This document shows positions 63,606-64,000 of a DNA stretch of 64,000 nt, piece after piece. Each line of letters opens with the position of its first letter. Position 1 is the stretch's first letter. The translations under genes and the position numbers were made by a program. The DNA comes from an uncultured Actinomycetes bacterium. GTDB lineage: Bacteria > Actinomycetota > Thermoleophilia > UBA2241. The stretch spans positions 320,001 to 384,000 of the forward strand of contig CAVYCN010000004.1 in the NCBI GenBank assembly GCA_963767005.1. Direction: 5' to 3'. The notes below the pieces were generated by a model that searched no databases, was not told the DNA's origin, and saw nothing but the letters and a program-made list of their open reading frames with translations.

Positions 63606-64000
63606 CCGGCGTGACCGACGTTCCGGGCGCGCCGCCGCCGGCGGCCGAACACCCCTCGCCGCCGCCCGCCGAGCCCCCCGCGCCGCCGGCCGCCGCACCA
63701 CGATCGCAGCCGACCACCGAGCCACCTCGACCATCGGCCGCTGAGCCGGCGCCGTCGCCAAGCGACACCGGCACCCGTCGGTCGCGCCGGGTGGTGAAGA
63801 CGACCTACCGGGTGGAGAAGCCGGTCAAGGCCGGTCCGCTCGCCGTCGCCGGCAAGGTCGTCGTCGCCATCGTGTTCGCCGGCACCGTGGCGCTCGCCGC
63901 CTACCGCGCCGACCGGCCGGCGGCGACGCCGCACGACCACGTGCCCGCCGTCCTCGTGACCGGCGGCTTCGTGCTCGTCGCCCTGCTCGCGGTGGTGCTC
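63602..64000 (+). CDS. Hypothetical membrane protein with a Pro-rich N-terminus, 3'-truncated
   Basis: GTGA overlap with the previous stop; frame open to the window end; TM segments after 63830. Confidence 0.65.
   Translation, partial: MTGVTDVPGAPPPAAEHPSPPPAEPPAPPAAAPRSQPTTEPPRPSAAEPAPSPSDTGTRRSRRVVKTTYRVEKPVKAGPLAVAGKVVVAIVFAGTVALAAYRADRPAATPHDHVPAVLVTGGFVLVALLAVVL

Overview
A very GC-rich bacterial chromosome segment. Gene content and probable leaderless starts suggest an actinobacterium, possibly Thermoleophilia-like and anaerobic (inference). In order it carries: the rarA 3' end; a YtxH-anchored Pro/Glu repeat protein; a degenerate M28 membrane protein; trpB2 behind an unannotated Trp-containing leader peptide; a surface-glycan locus split into two blocks; a homoserine kinase-archease fusion followed by rtcB; a C1/methylated-amine cluster (Fae homolog, HIBADH-family dehydrogenase, Lrp, panB, aminotransferase, two non-pyrrolysine MttB-family methyltransferases, corrinoid protein, large unknown protein); tRNA-Ile(GAU); a glycine-riboswitch-controlled gcvH-PA-PB-lipoylation operon lacking gcvT; selD(Sec)-selA-selB; an NlpC/P60 gene with a structured leader; and an SDR-SDR-GcvPA-like-GcvPB-like operon with remodelled active-site motifs. 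The best candidates for an undescribed system are the divergent GcvP+SDR operon, the MttB/PanB/Fae cluster and the ThrB-archease fusion. No CRISPR array, transposase, integrase or rRNA was seen. All calls come from motifs read by eye; no searches were run.
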